A model generated the notes under the pieces. That model made no database searches and was not told where the DNA came from. It saw nothing but the letters and a program-made list of their open reading frames with translations. The translations under genes and the position numbers were made by a program. Positions 1 to 9,296 of a stretch of 25,509 nucleotides of DNA are shown piece by piece. The number at the start of each line of letters is the position of its first letter. The stretch's first letter is position 1. Source of the stretch: a bacterium (GTDB taxonomy: Bacteria > Patescibacteriota > Minisyncoccia > Phycocordibacterales > PALSA-1337); contig JAUYLM010000055.1 in the NCBI GenBank assembly GCA_030698965.1, positions 1 to 25,509 on the forward strand. Reading direction: 5' to 3'.

Positions 1-583
1 ATCGTTTTTGCAATCCAAAATATATAGCAATAAATGTATGGAAGAGCATATACACCGCCATGTAAGCGGCGTTTCCGAGGGAAGCGTCTATACGACTTGA
101 ACCCTGATGTATCTCTGCCCAGCCGAACAGCTGGAACAATCCGTAAACTCCGACAATAGCGGCCGCGAAGAGAGATGTTTTGAAGAAATAATGCCACATG
201 CGCTTGCCCGCTTCCCCCGCTCCGAATATCCCGGTGATCGCCATGAAGTACGCCCATACATGGACGATCATTATCCAGCCTTCCATTCTTTCGAAATTTG
301 ACCAAATACTGCGGAGAGGATTGGCGCCTAGTAGATCGGCAATCAGAACCACTACCATGAAAATAGCAGCCCCCAGTGATACGGATGAGAATTTCGGCGC
401 ATATTTCTTGTCATAAAGCATCAGCACAATCCACAAGGCAAAGAGGATCTCCACTATTATCCTGAAGGCGAAGGCCTTGCCGGTTATAAAGGGAAAGAAC
501 AGACCGTTGGCGACATATAAAGGAATAAAAGGAATAACGAAAATAAGGGCTAAGCTGGCGTATTTCAAAATTTTTGTAATCAT
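1..583 (-). CDS. O-antigen ligase / Wzy_C-family polytopic membrane protein (N-terminal part; runs off the left edge of the window)
   Basis: Not in the ORF track because it has no stop in the window. Manual translation from ATG at 583 is open to position 2: MITKILKYASLALIFVIPFIPLYVANGLFFPFITGKAFAFRIIVEILFALW...WSNFERMEGW...QGSSRIDASLGNAAYMAVYMLFH. Multiple hydrophobic segments and an R-x-x-x-S-LGN-x-x-Y motif resemble O-antigen-ligase-like proteins. Family call is by recognition, not by search. Confidence 0.72.
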   Translation of the reverse strand, partial: MITKILKYASLALIFVIPFIPLYVANGLFFPFITGKAFAFRIIVEILFALWIVLMLYDKKYAPKFSSVSLGAAIFMVVVLIADLLGANPLRSIWSNFERMEGWIMIVHVWAYFMAITGIFGAGEAGKRMWHYFFKTSLFAAAIVGVYGLFQLFGWAEIHQGSSRIDASLGNAAYMAVYMLFHTFIAIYFGLQKR

Positions 584-590
584 AGAAAGT

Positions 591-599
591 ATATTAGCA
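591..599 (-). promoter_or_regulatory. Putative extended -10 element (TG-C-TAATAT), 7 nt before the ATG at 583
   Basis: Minus strand reads TAG TGC TAATAT ACTTTCT ATG; no SD-like sequence. Confidence 0.45.
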
Positions 600-2399
600 C
601 TAATTACGAATATTGTAGACCCGTCCATAATATGTCTCCTTGTCCTTGAGAAGATCGGCTGGTTTCCCGGATTCTATGATTCGCCCCTTATCGATCACCA
701 TTAGCAGGTCGCTATTCGCCACAGTTCCCAGGCGATGCGCGATGATAAGAATTGTTATTTTCCCCTTCAGTTCTTTGATAGCTTCTTGGACATACGCTTC
801 TGACTCCACATCAAGGGCGCTGGTAGCTTCATCCAGAAGCAATATCTCCGGTCTGCGAGCCAATGCCCGCGCTATAGCGATTCTTTGTCTCTGTCCTCCG
901 GAAAGACGGACTCCACGTTCTCCCACGACAGTATCATATCCATCCTTCATTTCACTGACAAATTCATCTAAGTGGGCAAGCTTGGCCGCCCTTTCCACAT
1001 CTTCCTTACTGACATTTTCATTATAAAAAACAATATTGTTGTAAATAGTATCATTCAAAAGAAAAGCATCCTGCGGAACATAGGCTATGCGGTTTCTCCA
1101 TGATGGAATATTGATGCCTTGAACATCCGCACCATCGATCTTGATCACCCCTGATGTCGGCTTTAGAAGCCTCAGAACAAGATCGAATATCGTTGTCTTT
1201 CCAGATCCTGATTTTCCGATAAATCCAACTGTAGTTCCTCTTTTTATTTCAAAAGAAATATTATCAAGGACCGTACTTCCGGTTTCATAAGTAAAAGAAA
1301 TATTTTCAAATGACAGCCTATCCTTGAATGAAAAACTCCTGCCGCCGCTTTTCTCCTGAATCTCATTGAATTTCGACGCCTTATCCTTGTATTCAAGTAT
1401 TCCCTGAACATAAGGAATATCATTGTTTACAATTTGAATGAAGGACTGCAGACTCTGTATATGCGCGAACATCTTCTGGATAAGGTAGACTATCGCCGCG
1501 AGCGCGCCGAGGTTGTATGATGTCCTGTAATAAGCAAAGGCCACGACTACGCACATGAACACCACGCTTATGGGCTGGATGAAAGTTATCATAAAGTTAT
1601 TTATGACGGCTGTGCGCATCTGCAGATGGCGATAGATATTGAAATTGGAATTGCTGATTTTTATGAACGAGTCCTCACTGCCCAGGGCTTTTATGACCTT
1701 CATTCCCCCTATGCTTTCATTTACATGTCTGGATACTTCTCTGTTGAGCTCCTCTGTTTTCTTGGACATGCTCCTTACCTTGTACAATAAAGGCTTGAAG
1801 ATTAAGAAAATAAAAGCGCCGAGTCCGAGCGTCATGATTGTCACCGTCTTTGAGATGGTGAGAGCGACGACCAGGTACATGGAAAGTTCCGTGATCACCC
1901 CGACATGCCTGGCGATGCTTTCCAGGAGGCGGGAGCTCATGCGCACGTTTGTCATTATGACAGTTTCCAGATGCCCTATCTTCTGCCTAGAAAGGTACGG
2001 CCAGTCAGCGTAGAGAGTCTCCTTGTAAAGTTCGCTCATAGTGGCACGCTCATATTCCAGACGAATGCTGGATCGGACATAGTTGAAATATAGAGACAAA
2101 GCGGCCTTCATCAGGAAAAGGGCGGAAATGAAAATGAGGAGGGCGGGCAGTGTGAATGGCAGATGGAAAAATGCGAAGAAATCCCTGATGTACTTGGCAA
2201 GGAAGTCCCCGCCAAGCCGGCTGTCCCCCTCGACGAAAAAGGAAAAAAGCGGAATTAGGGCATTGACTCCGATCGCTTCCAGGAGTCCGCTCACAAAACC
2301 CAGGACCGCAAGGATGGTAATCTGTTTCTTATACCTGCCGAACATTCGCCTCACCAGCTTGTAGGCTTCGACGATGCGGGAGATGTTGAAGGAAAACAT
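600..2399 (-). CDS. ABC transporter permease/ATP-binding fusion, MsbA/PglK-like glycolipid flippase
   Basis: 599 aa. N-terminal transmembrane domain plus C-terminal NBD with Walker A GKSGSGKT, Q-loop YVPQD, signature LSGGQRQR, Walker B ILLLDE and H-loop IIAH. The flippase role is inferred from the glycan-cluster context. Confidence 0.9.
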   Translation of the reverse strand: MFSFNISRIVEAYKLVRRMFGRYKKQITILAVLGFVSGLLEAIGVNALIPLFSFFVEGDSRLGGDFLAKYIRDFFAFFHLPFTLPALLIFISALFLMKAALSLYFNYVRSSIRLEYERATMSELYKETLYADWPYLSRQKIGHLETVIMTNVRMSSRLLESIARHVGVITELSMYLVVALTISKTVTIMTLGLGAFIFLIFKPLLYKVRSMSKKTEELNREVSRHVNESIGGMKVIKALGSEDSFIKISNSNFNIYRHLQMRTAVINNFMITFIQPISVVFMCVVVAFAYYRTSYNLGALAAIVYLIQKMFAHIQSLQSFIQIVNNDIPYVQGILEYKDKASKFNEIQEKSGGRSFSFKDRLSFENISFTYETGSTVLDNISFEIKRGTTVGFIGKSGSGKTTIFDLVLRLLKPTSGVIKIDGADVQGINIPSWRNRIAYVPQDAFLLNDTIYNNIVFYNENVSKEDVERAAKLAHLDEFVSEMKDGYDTVVGERGVRLSGGQRQRIAIARALARRPEILLLDEATSALDVESEAYVQEAIKELKGKITILIIAHRLGTVANSDLLMVIDKGRIIESGKPADLLKDKETYYGRVYNIRN

Positions 2400-2474
2400 G
2401 GGCTATTTATACACTATGAAATAGTCATTGTCTAGGAACCCACTCTGTGTGGCATAGTAAAATAGCCTGTAAAA

Positions 2475-2483
2475 TGGTAGAAT
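2475..2483 (+). promoter_or_regulatory. Putative extended -10 element (TG-G-TAGAAT), 10 nt before the ATG at 2494
   Basis: Sequence TGGTAGAAT TTCGCAACCC ATG; no SD. Confidence 0.5.
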
Positions 2484-2493
2484 TTCGCAACCC

Positions 2494-3525
2494 ATGAAAG
2501 TTTGCGCAATTACAAAAAAATTTCCAAAAGAGGATACTGTCAACTTTTTGGGCTTTGAAAAATTTGAAAATATGGCCGGAGATTTCATTTTTCTCCCGGC
2601 ACGCATAAATTTTAAGGCACTGGAGGCGGATGAATTCCGTGGTAAGAAGATAGTCTACTATGAGCTCGAGGAACCGAACCGCTTTTTTTCAAAAGACCAG
2701 AAATTCCGCCGGGATGACTTTGGCGATGATAATTTCTACAAAATTCTATCCGCCTGTCCGCACACTACTGAATGGCTGAATAAAAGGCAGGGCAATAATA
2801 AGAGAACTCATGTTTTTGTGCCTTTTGACGAAGATAATATTCCTCCTGTAACCGAAAAAATATACGATGTTATTTATGTCGGAGGCATACATTCAAGCCA
2901 AATGCTGAACACGGTCAGAACTATTAAGAAGTTTAATCATAAATATGTCTCCCTGTCTGAAGCGCTTACATACAAGCTGTGGAGAAATACAAAAATCGCA
3001 CGCAAGATATTATCCTATCTGCCTAAAAAGAAAAATAGATACATTACCGACCAAAACATAACCTATAGAGAGAAGCTAAAGCTGACATCGCAGTCAAAAA
3101 TAACATTAGTTCATACGCTTTTAAACGCCAATGCCAAGCATGTGTCAAATATACAGAAAACTGAAGGCTGGAGAGGTAATAAAGCTTTCGCCTGTATTCC
3201 GGAAAAAAGTCTTTTAAATACAATCGGGAATTATCTTTTCCAGAGAGAGTACCCTGTCCCCCAGCAAAAAGGAAGGATTTTTGAAGCAGTATTCTGCCGA
3301 TCCCTTCTATTATGCCAAAAAGACCAGTTTCGAGAAATTGAAAGATACTTTACTCCGGATAAAGAATTTGTGTACTACGAGGAGGGCTGTCTGGAAGAAA
3401 AAATAAAGGAAATTCTAAGCGATTGGCCGAAATACAGCGCCGTAATAGAAAATGCATTCCGAAGGGCACAGAGTGAATATACCACCCGAAACTTTGTTGA
3501 AAAGTATTTGAAAAATGTGGGATAG
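2494..3525 (+). CDS. Glycosyltransferase-like protein with C-terminal Glyco_trans_1_2/CgeB-type domain
   Basis: 343 aa. C-terminal KGRIFEAVFCRSLLL...YFTPDKEFVYYE...LEEKIKEIL...IENAF pattern matches the CgeB/PF13524-type GT-B tail; YDVIYVG in mid-protein. N-terminal half not recognised. Confidence 0.62.
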   Translation: MKVCAITKKFPKEDTVNFLGFEKFENMAGDFIFLPARINFKALEADEFRGKKIVYYELEEPNRFFSKDQKFRRDDFGDDNFYKILSACPHTTEWLNKRQGNNKRTHVFVPFDEDNIPPVTEKIYDVIYVGGIHSSQMLNTVRTIKKFNHKYVSLSEALTYKLWRNTKIARKILSYLPKKKNRYITDQNITYREKLKLTSQSKITLVHTLLNANAKHVSNIQKTEGWRGNKAFACIPEKSLLNTIGNYLFQREYPVPQQKGRIFEAVFCRSLLLCQKDQFREIERYFTPDKEFVYYEEGCLEEKIKEILSDWPKYSAVIENAFRRAQSEYTTRNFVEKYLKNVG

Positions 3526-3533
3526 GGTGATAA

Positions 3534-3542
3534 TGATATACT
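3534..3542 (+). promoter_or_regulatory. Putative extended -10 element (TG-A-TATACT), 8 nt before the ATG at 3551
   Basis: Sequence TGATATACT ATTAAAAA ATG in the 25-bp gap after the upstream stop; no SD. Confidence 0.6.
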
Positions 3543-3550
3543 ATTAAAAA

Positions 3551-4312
3551 ATGAAACCACGAGACTTCATACCTCCCATATTCATTAAATTATACCGGAG
3601 ACTGCGGGAAAACCCGGAAATAAGACGGAATCGTATTAATCGCCCCGAATTCATCGGGGGCTTCTGGAAGTCATATGGCGGAAAAGGTCTTGAAGATCTC
3701 TTCATGGAACTCCTCTTTAATTTCAAGGAATCTGGAACGTACGTTGAAATTGGCACCAATGATCCCGTGACTTCCGTTTCGTATACCCAAAAATTCTACA
3801 ACCGGGGATGGCGGGGAATCAGTGTCGAACCAGGCATTAAAGAATTTGAATCCCTTCAAAAAGTTCGGCCTGGCGACGTGAATCTAAATATATGCATTGC
3901 AGGCGAAGTGGGAGAACGTATGTTCTATGAACTAGCCGATTCCCAAGCCAGTTCCCTTCTTCCACAGTTTGCTTCGGGAAAAGGCAGGGTGAGCAGCCGA
4001 AAAGTGAGCGTATCGACACTCAAGGCTATTTTTGATAAATTCATAAAGTCTCCAATTGATTTCATGGTGATCGATGCCGAAGGTGTGGAGCTTGAGATAC
4101 TCAGAAGTAATGATTGGAATAAGTATGTTCCCAAGGCCATTATACTGGAGACCGTCCATCATCATTACCGGGAGATCGTCGAGTATCTGAAGTCTCACGG
4201 CTATATAGTCGTATACAACAACCATTTAAACTCAATCTTCGTGAACAAAAAGGCTTTCGAAAATGATTCAAGATTTGACGTTACCGAAAGTCGCGTAGCG
4301 ATACAAAAATAA
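3551..4312 (+). CDS. FkbM-family (Methyltransf_21) methyltransferase
   Basis: 253 aa. YVEIGTNDP...FYNRGWRGISVEP SAM-binding motif, TLKAIFDK...IDFMVIDAEGVELEILRS-NDW..Y-PK-I-LE. Confidence 0.88.
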   Translation: MKPRDFIPPIFIKLYRRLRENPEIRRNRINRPEFIGGFWKSYGGKGLEDLFMELLFNFKESGTYVEIGTNDPVTSVSYTQKFYNRGWRGISVEPGIKEFESLQKVRPGDVNLNICIAGEVGERMFYELADSQASSLLPQFASGKGRVSSRKVSVSTLKAIFDKFIKSPIDFMVIDAEGVELEILRSNDWNKYVPKAIILETVHHHYREIVEYLKSHGYIVVYNNHLNSIFVNKKAFENDSRFDVTESRVAIQK

Positions 4313-4322
4313 TTTTACATCC

Positions 4323-5543
4323 ATGAACTGTTTCATCTGCAAAAAAAGCAAATTGTTCAAATTTCTTTCTCTAGGACACCAGCCTCCTTCTGATGCTTTT
4401 CTACCTGCCGAAGCGCTGCAGAAACCCGAGGCTACCTTCCCTCTTGACCTTTTACTCTGCGAGGACTGTTCGCTCATTCAGCTCGGATACACCGTGGATC
4501 CGAAGATTCTTTTTGCCGAAGACTACGCATACAATAGCGGAACAAACAAGGTGCTCCGCGAACACTTTAAAGATTTTATCGACAAGCTTGTCTCCAAATA
4601 TAAGCTCTCGGAAAAAGACCTTGCAGTCGATATTGGCTCGAATGATGGTTCTCTTCTCGAAAATTATGCACTCCACAAAGTAAAAATTCTTGGAATTGAC
4701 CCGTCCGGCGTAACCAAACTAGCACTTCAAAAAGGTCAGCCCACTATTGTTGATTTTTTCAATGAAACGACAGCCAAAGCAGCAGTAAAAAAATATGGCG
4801 AGGCAAAAATCATAACCGCCACAAATGTATTCGCCCATGTTGATGACCTCCATTCATTCATGAGGGGGATAACATACCTCCTAGCCCCCGACGGAGTCTT
4901 CGTCTCCGAGTCCGGCTATACGCACGACATGGTGGAAGGACTTCAGTATGACTTTGTCTACCATGAACATCTCCGCTACTACACCCTAAAACCTCTCACC
5001 GTTCTCTTTGAAATGTTCGGAATGGAGGTGATAGACGCGGAGAGGGTTCCGATACATGGAGGATCCATCCGTGTCCATGCAGGATTCAAAGGAAAGCATC
5101 CGGTCTCTCCTGCTGTGCAAAAAATTCTTGCCGAAGAAAAGAAGAGTGGCCTCTATGACAAAAAAACCTATCTTGATTTTGCAAAGAAGGTAGAAAAAAC
5201 CAAGTTGAGCCTGCAGAAAATTCTTATGGATATAAAGACTGTGGATCATCGGATCGTAGGCATCGGCGCGCCTGCCAAAGGCAATACTCTCCTCAATTAT
5301 TGCAAGATAGATTCACAGATTGTAAGCTACCTTGTAGAAACAAGTGAGCGCAAGATTGGTCAGTTCACGCCCGGCATGCATATACAGGTTGTTGAAGAAT
5401 CTCAACTTTTCAAGGATCAGCCTGAATATGCCCTTCTTCTCTCCTGGACAATTGCTCCTATCCTCATGAAAAAACTTCGTGAAAAAGGTTATAAAGGCAA
5501 GTTTATCTTGCCTGCTCCAAAGCCGGTTATCCTCGACTTCTGA
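4323..5543 (+). CDS. NDP-sugar C-methyltransferase (TcaB9/EryBIII/NovU-like; Zn-binding N-terminus, Methyltransf_13/14 domains)
   Basis: 406 aa. CFIC...CEDC zinc ligands, VDIGSNDG SAM motif, TNVFAH, YHEHLRYY, GGSIR, GAPAKGNTLLNY, K-G-FTPG-HI, PEY-LLLSW. Confidence 0.9.
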   Translation: MNCFICKKSKLFKFLSLGHQPPSDAFLPAEALQKPEATFPLDLLLCEDCSLIQLGYTVDPKILFAEDYAYNSGTNKVLREHFKDFIDKLVSKYKLSEKDLAVDIGSNDGSLLENYALHKVKILGIDPSGVTKLALQKGQPTIVDFFNETTAKAAVKKYGEAKIITATNVFAHVDDLHSFMRGITYLLAPDGVFVSESGYTHDMVEGLQYDFVYHEHLRYYTLKPLTVLFEMFGMEVIDAERVPIHGGSIRVHAGFKGKHPVSPAVQKILAEEKKSGLYDKKTYLDFAKKVEKTKLSLQKILMDIKTVDHRIVGIGAPAKGNTLLNYCKIDSQIVSYLVETSERKIGQFTPGMHIQVVEESQLFKDQPEYALLLSWTIAPILMKKLREKGYKGKFILPAPKPVILDF

Positions 5544-7284
5544 ACCAGAGTTCAAGGCAAAGAAGTGTCCAGATGCGAAGTGATAAGGAATCATCGCCTT
5601 TACCGTAAAAAGATTTAAGTAATTCCTCTATTGCTTCCCCACTAAGAAAATTGCGCGATAAAGCTTCTTCTCCCAATTTTTCACTGACATATTCCCGCAT
5701 CTTTTCTGTACGGAGCCAGGCTGTCACAGGTGCGCCAAAACCCTGCTTACGCCTATGGACAAATTCTTCAGGCATAATTTCCCCAAGAATATCCTTAAGA
5801 ATTATCTTCCCGCCTTTCTTGTCAGTCTTATGCTCAAGCGGAAGATTATAGGCATACTCCGCCAGCTTATAGTCAAGGAATGGGGACCTTATCTCAAGCG
5901 AATGCATCATGCTGGTCCGATCAACTTTGGAGAGAAGCTGTCCTGGTAGATAAGTTGTAAGATCGAAGAGATTTATCTTTTTAATGCCGTTTCCCCTCAT
6001 TTCCCTGACGTTCTTGTCGATGATATCACCGTTCACTGCGCCGGGATTTTTCCAGAGCTTACTCCTCTCTTTTTCGGAAAATATCTGTATAGATTTCATA
6101 TGTTCTTTGAAAGGATTTGAGAAAAGAAAATTCTTTAATCTTAAAATCTTTTTTGTATTCCAATATTTCCAATACCACCCATATCCCATGAAGAGTTCAT
6201 CAGCTCCATCTCCTGAAAGAGCGACTTTGACATGCTTTCCGGCTAATTCCGAGACCATATGCTGGGGAAAGTTTGATGTATCGGCATGAGGCTCATCAAA
6301 ATAACTCATGACTTTTTCCAGCTCTAGAATGAGATCGCTGGATGCTTGGAGCGTATGATGGTCAGTCCCAATCTTCCGCGAAGCTGTAAGGGCGAACGGT
6401 AGCTCGTTTATATATCCTTCGTAACCGACCGAGAAGGTCTTTAGAGGCTTTCCAGTATATTTTTGAGCGTATGCCGTAACTAGCGTGGAATCCACGCCTC
6501 CGGAAAGCAGAGAGCCAATCTCCACATCCGCTACCATCCTTTTTTTTACCGCTTCATCTAAAAGCTTTTTAACTTTGGACTTTGCTTCTTCATAGGAGAC
6601 TGGTGGCACAGGCTTATCCTCGAGCTTCCAATATCGATCTATTTTGACGATCCCGTCCTTATAGAATCCTCGATGCGCAGGAGGAAGGACATATATATTT
6701 TTATACACACTCTTCCACGGCGGGATGTACATAAGGGCAAGGTAGTTGTCTATCGCCGCGCGGTCAATCTCTGTCTTTACTCCCAGAGCCTGAATAGCTT
6801 TTATTTCTGAAGCAATAAGAATGCTTGAGTCATCAATATGGTAATAGAGCGGCTTTTTCCCAAATCTATCCCGAGCAATAAAAAGCTCTTTGCTCTCATC
6901 ATCCCACAGTGCGAAAGCGAACATTCCATCGATATGGTCTACGCAATTTTTCCCGTACTGCACATAGGCCTTGAGAATGACTTCCGTATCGGAATTAGTG
7001 CTAAATACATGCCCTTGCTTTTCAAGCTCTATACGCAAGTCTTTATATCCGTATATTTCGCCGTTAAAGACAATGGACAAGGGATGTGTATTATCTTTCA
7101 TTGGCTGATGACCGAGAGCAAGATCAACGATGGAGAGGCGAGTTTGTCCAAGGATTATCTCCGATGTTCGAGTGAATGCCTTTTCATCCGGCCCTCGCAG
7201 GGAAAGACATGAGAGCATCTTTTCCACGCCATCATCTTTTGTGCTCTGAACTTTTTTCCCCGCAATAGCGATTATTCCGCACAT
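5527..7284 (-). CDS. asnB: Asparagine synthase (glutamine-hydrolysing)-like amidotransferase, probably glycan-modifying
   Basis: 585 aa. N-terminal MCGI Ntn cysteine, RLSIVDL...HQPM, FNGEIY, SDTEVIL, DRFGKKPLYY, LLSGGVDS PP-loop, SGDGADELF, KVDRTSMMHSLEIRSPFLD. Confidence 0.93.
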   Translation of the reverse strand: MCGIIAIAGKKVQSTKDDGVEKMLSCLSLRGPDEKAFTRTSEIILGQTRLSIVDLALGHQPMKDNTHPLSIVFNGEIYGYKDLRIELEKQGHVFSTNSDTEVILKAYVQYGKNCVDHIDGMFAFALWDDESKELFIARDRFGKKPLYYHIDDSSILIASEIKAIQALGVKTEIDRAAIDNYLALMYIPPWKSVYKNIYVLPPAHRGFYKDGIVKIDRYWKLEDKPVPPVSYEEAKSKVKKLLDEAVKKRMVADVEIGSLLSGGVDSTLVTAYAQKYTGKPLKTFSVGYEGYINELPFALTASRKIGTDHHTLQASSDLILELEKVMSYFDEPHADTSNFPQHMVSELAGKHVKVALSGDGADELFMGYGWYWKYWNTKKILRLKNFLFSNPFKEHMKSIQIFSEKERSKLWKNPGAVNGDIIDKNVREMRGNGIKKINLFDLTTYLPGQLLSKVDRTSMMHSLEIRSPFLDYKLAEYAYNLPLEHKTDKKGGKIILKDILGEIMPEEFVHRRKQGFGAPVTAWLRTEKMREYVSEKLGEEALSRNFLSGEAIEELLKSFYGKGDDSLSLRIWTLLCLELWFRSRG

Positions 7285-7294
7285 ATTATATTCT

Positions 7295-8173
7295 TTATAT
7301 TCTTATCCATGATTCAGGGGCAATGTCGCGAGTATCCATTTTAGGAGTATTGAACCATTTCTTTGGAGCGACGACCACCTTATCTTTATTAGTATCCAGC
7401 CAGGCACCCCACCAGGAAAAAGTGCTGTTGGCAATGATGTGATGGCGGCACTTGCTCATAAGATAGAGATCCTCTTCTGGGTGATCCGAATTGTAGGGCA
7501 TGTAGATTGATGGGAAAGGAGGCTTGATGTTTTCTTTCGTCCAAATCGGATCGTCAGAAAAGAGGAAGAAATGCGGATTTTTTACTCGTTTCGCTATTTC
7601 TTGGATGGCTTGATTATAATATTCCACAGAACAGACGCCGTGCCAGTCATTGATGCGCTTATTGGAGACCATTTCGTCCCGGCGGACATGTAGGGAAACG
7701 GCTTCTCCGCCAGTCGGCGGATCGCAAATTTGCTTTTCAAATCTTCCTGACTGTTCGCTCAAAGGATTCCTCAAGGTAAAATCCTTGCGTATGATGTCTT
7801 CAGCATCTTTGAAATATTTTTCAGTCTGCCAGCAGCCATCCAAGTATACTGGGTCTTTCAGTGCATAAATCCAAGGCTCGAAATGGAACTGCCTCTCGTC
7901 CGCATATCTCTTGCGGCTGGCAATCAGGCGATTGTACCAGAACCAGAATTTTCCCTTTTTCCATCGATATTTTTTAAATCTGCTAATTTCCTGCTCTGTA
8001 ACCGGATTTATGACAATATTGAAACGATTGATAGTGTAGGGCCAATATGGCGGCTCTTTGAAAGAATATAGGTCAAGCTTGAATTCTGCATTATTCCTGA
8101 TCGAAAGGGCGCGGCCGATAGCGTATTGGAACATCTGGTTCGCGAGCCTTCCTGTCAGCTTGGTGATGATCAT
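7295..8173 (-). CDS. Alpha-1,2-fucosyltransferase-like protein (GT11)
   Basis: 292 aa. GRLANQMFQYA, YLDGCWQTEKYF, SLHVRRDE (HxRRxD), FLFSDD, DLYLMSKCRHHIIANSTFSWWGAWL. Confidence 0.9.
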   Translation of the reverse strand: MIITKLTGRLANQMFQYAIGRALSIRNNAEFKLDLYSFKEPPYWPYTINRFNIVINPVTEQEISRFKKYRWKKGKFWFWYNRLIASRKRYADERQFHFEPWIYALKDPVYLDGCWQTEKYFKDAEDIIRKDFTLRNPLSEQSGRFEKQICDPPTGGEAVSLHVRRDEMVSNKRINDWHGVCSVEYYNQAIQEIAKRVKNPHFFLFSDDPIWTKENIKPPFPSIYMPYNSDHPEEDLYLMSKCRHHIIANSTFSWWGAWLDTNKDKVVVAPKKWFNTPKMDTRDIAPESWIRI

Positions 8174-8185
8174 ATTAATTCAATA

Positions 8186-9289
8186 TTATTTCACGGAGTA
8201 TTTTTTCTGATTGACGACAGTCTGGCCCATCTTCTGCTCGATCTTTGCCTGTTCCAAATCGTGTTCCGCCATTATCTTCGCAAGCTCACTGAAAGCGACT
8301 TTCGGCTTCCAATTGAGTATTTTTCTAGCCTTGCCTGAATCACCAAGGAGGAGATCGACCTCATTCGGACGGAAGTATGCCGGATCAATCTCTATGACTA
8401 CTTTGCCAGTTTTTTTATCGACTGCTTTTTCTTTTAAGCCTCTGCCCTTCCATGCAAGATCCATGCCGAGATTTTTCGCCACTTCGTTGACAAATTCCCT
8501 GACGGTATGGGTTTCTCCTGTGGCAATAACGAAGTCTTCAGGAACATCATGCTGGAGAATTCTCCAGATAGCTTCTACATAGTCCTTAGAATATCCCCAA
8601 TCCCTCTTTGCGTCGAGATTTCCAAGTCTCAAAATATCCTGGAGGCCAAGCTTGATCCTGGCTATGCCGAGCGTGATTTTCCTCGTAACAAAGTTAAGTC
8701 CGCGCCGAGGAGATTCATGATTAAAAAGAATCCCGTTGGCGGCAAAGAGTCCGTAGCCTGTACGGTAGACTTTAGTCATATTGAAGGCGAAGACTTTAGA
8801 GATGCCGTAAGGAGATTGCGGATTGAAAGGGGTTTTTTCGCTTTGAGGGGTCTCCAAAACCTTCCCAAACATTTCAGAAGAGCTGGCCTGATAATATTTG
8901 ATGGGGAAATCCAGATTGCGTATTGTCTCTAGAAGACGCAGAGTGCCTAGAGCATTTATATTGGTCGTATATTCCGGCTTGTCGAAGCTTATGCCAACAT
9001 GGCTTTGAGCTCCCAGATTATATATTTCGTCCGGCTTGACTTTATTGATAATCCTGAAGAGGTTGGAGCTATCAGACAAATCTCCATACATCATATAGAA
9101 GTCTGGGTGTTTGGAATTATTTTCGTAAAGGTGGTCCACTCTGTCTGTATTGGGCAAGCTAGCCCTTCTCTGAATGCCATAAACTTCATATCCCTTCCCC
9201 AGCAGAAATTCCGCGAGATATGATCCGTCTTGACCGGTAATGCCCGTAATGAGAGCTTTTTTCTTCGTGTTCTTTGTGACTTTATTCAT
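8186..9289 (-). CDS. gmd: GDP-mannose 4,6-dehydratase
   Basis: [81 protein letters not shown]. Start moved from 9376 to ATG 9289 (MNKVTK...), which lies 7 nt after the upstream stop. Confidence 0.96.
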   Translation of the reverse strand: MNKVTKNTKKKALITGITGQDGSYLAEFLLGKGYEVYGIQRRASLPNTDRVDHLYENNSKHPDFYMMYGDLSDSSNLFRIINKVKPDEIYNLGAQSHVGISFDKPEYTTNINALGTLRLLETIRNLDFPIKYYQASSSEMFGKVLETPQSEKTPFNPQSPYGISKVFAFNMTKVYRTGYGLFAANGILFNHESPRRGLNFVTRKITLGIARIKLGLQDILRLGNLDAKRDWGYSKDYVEAIWRILQHDVPEDFVIATGETHTVREFVNEVAKNLGMDLAWKGRGLKEKAVDKKTGKVVIEIDPAYFRPNEVDLLLGDSGKARKILNWKPKVAFSELAKIMAEHDLEQAKIEQKMGQTVVNQKKYSVK

Positions 9290-9296
9290 ATAAGCA

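Noticed and set aside
107-2364. Short plus-strand ORFs (107-301, 198-416, 477-704, 640-1026, 1639-2013, 2083-2364) and similar 60-140 aa ORFs throughout
   Set aside because: All overlap well-supported genes on the opposite strand or in another frame and lack motifs or independent start signals.
600-2399. Multidrug or bacteriocin exporter interpretation of the ABC protein
   Set aside because: No peptidase C39 domain, regulator or precursor peptide nearby; the context is entirely glycan synthesis.
2432-2444. CTAGGAACCCACT resembles the reverse complement of the terminator arm at 17003-17014 (CTAGAACCCACT)
   Set aside because: Only about 12 nt with a gap and two copies; not distinguishable from chance without a genome-wide count.
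7285-7290. Perfect TATAAT on the minus strand before asnB
   Set aside because: Directly abuts the ATG (0 nt spacing), so it cannot produce a transcript containing that start; left out of the promoter set.
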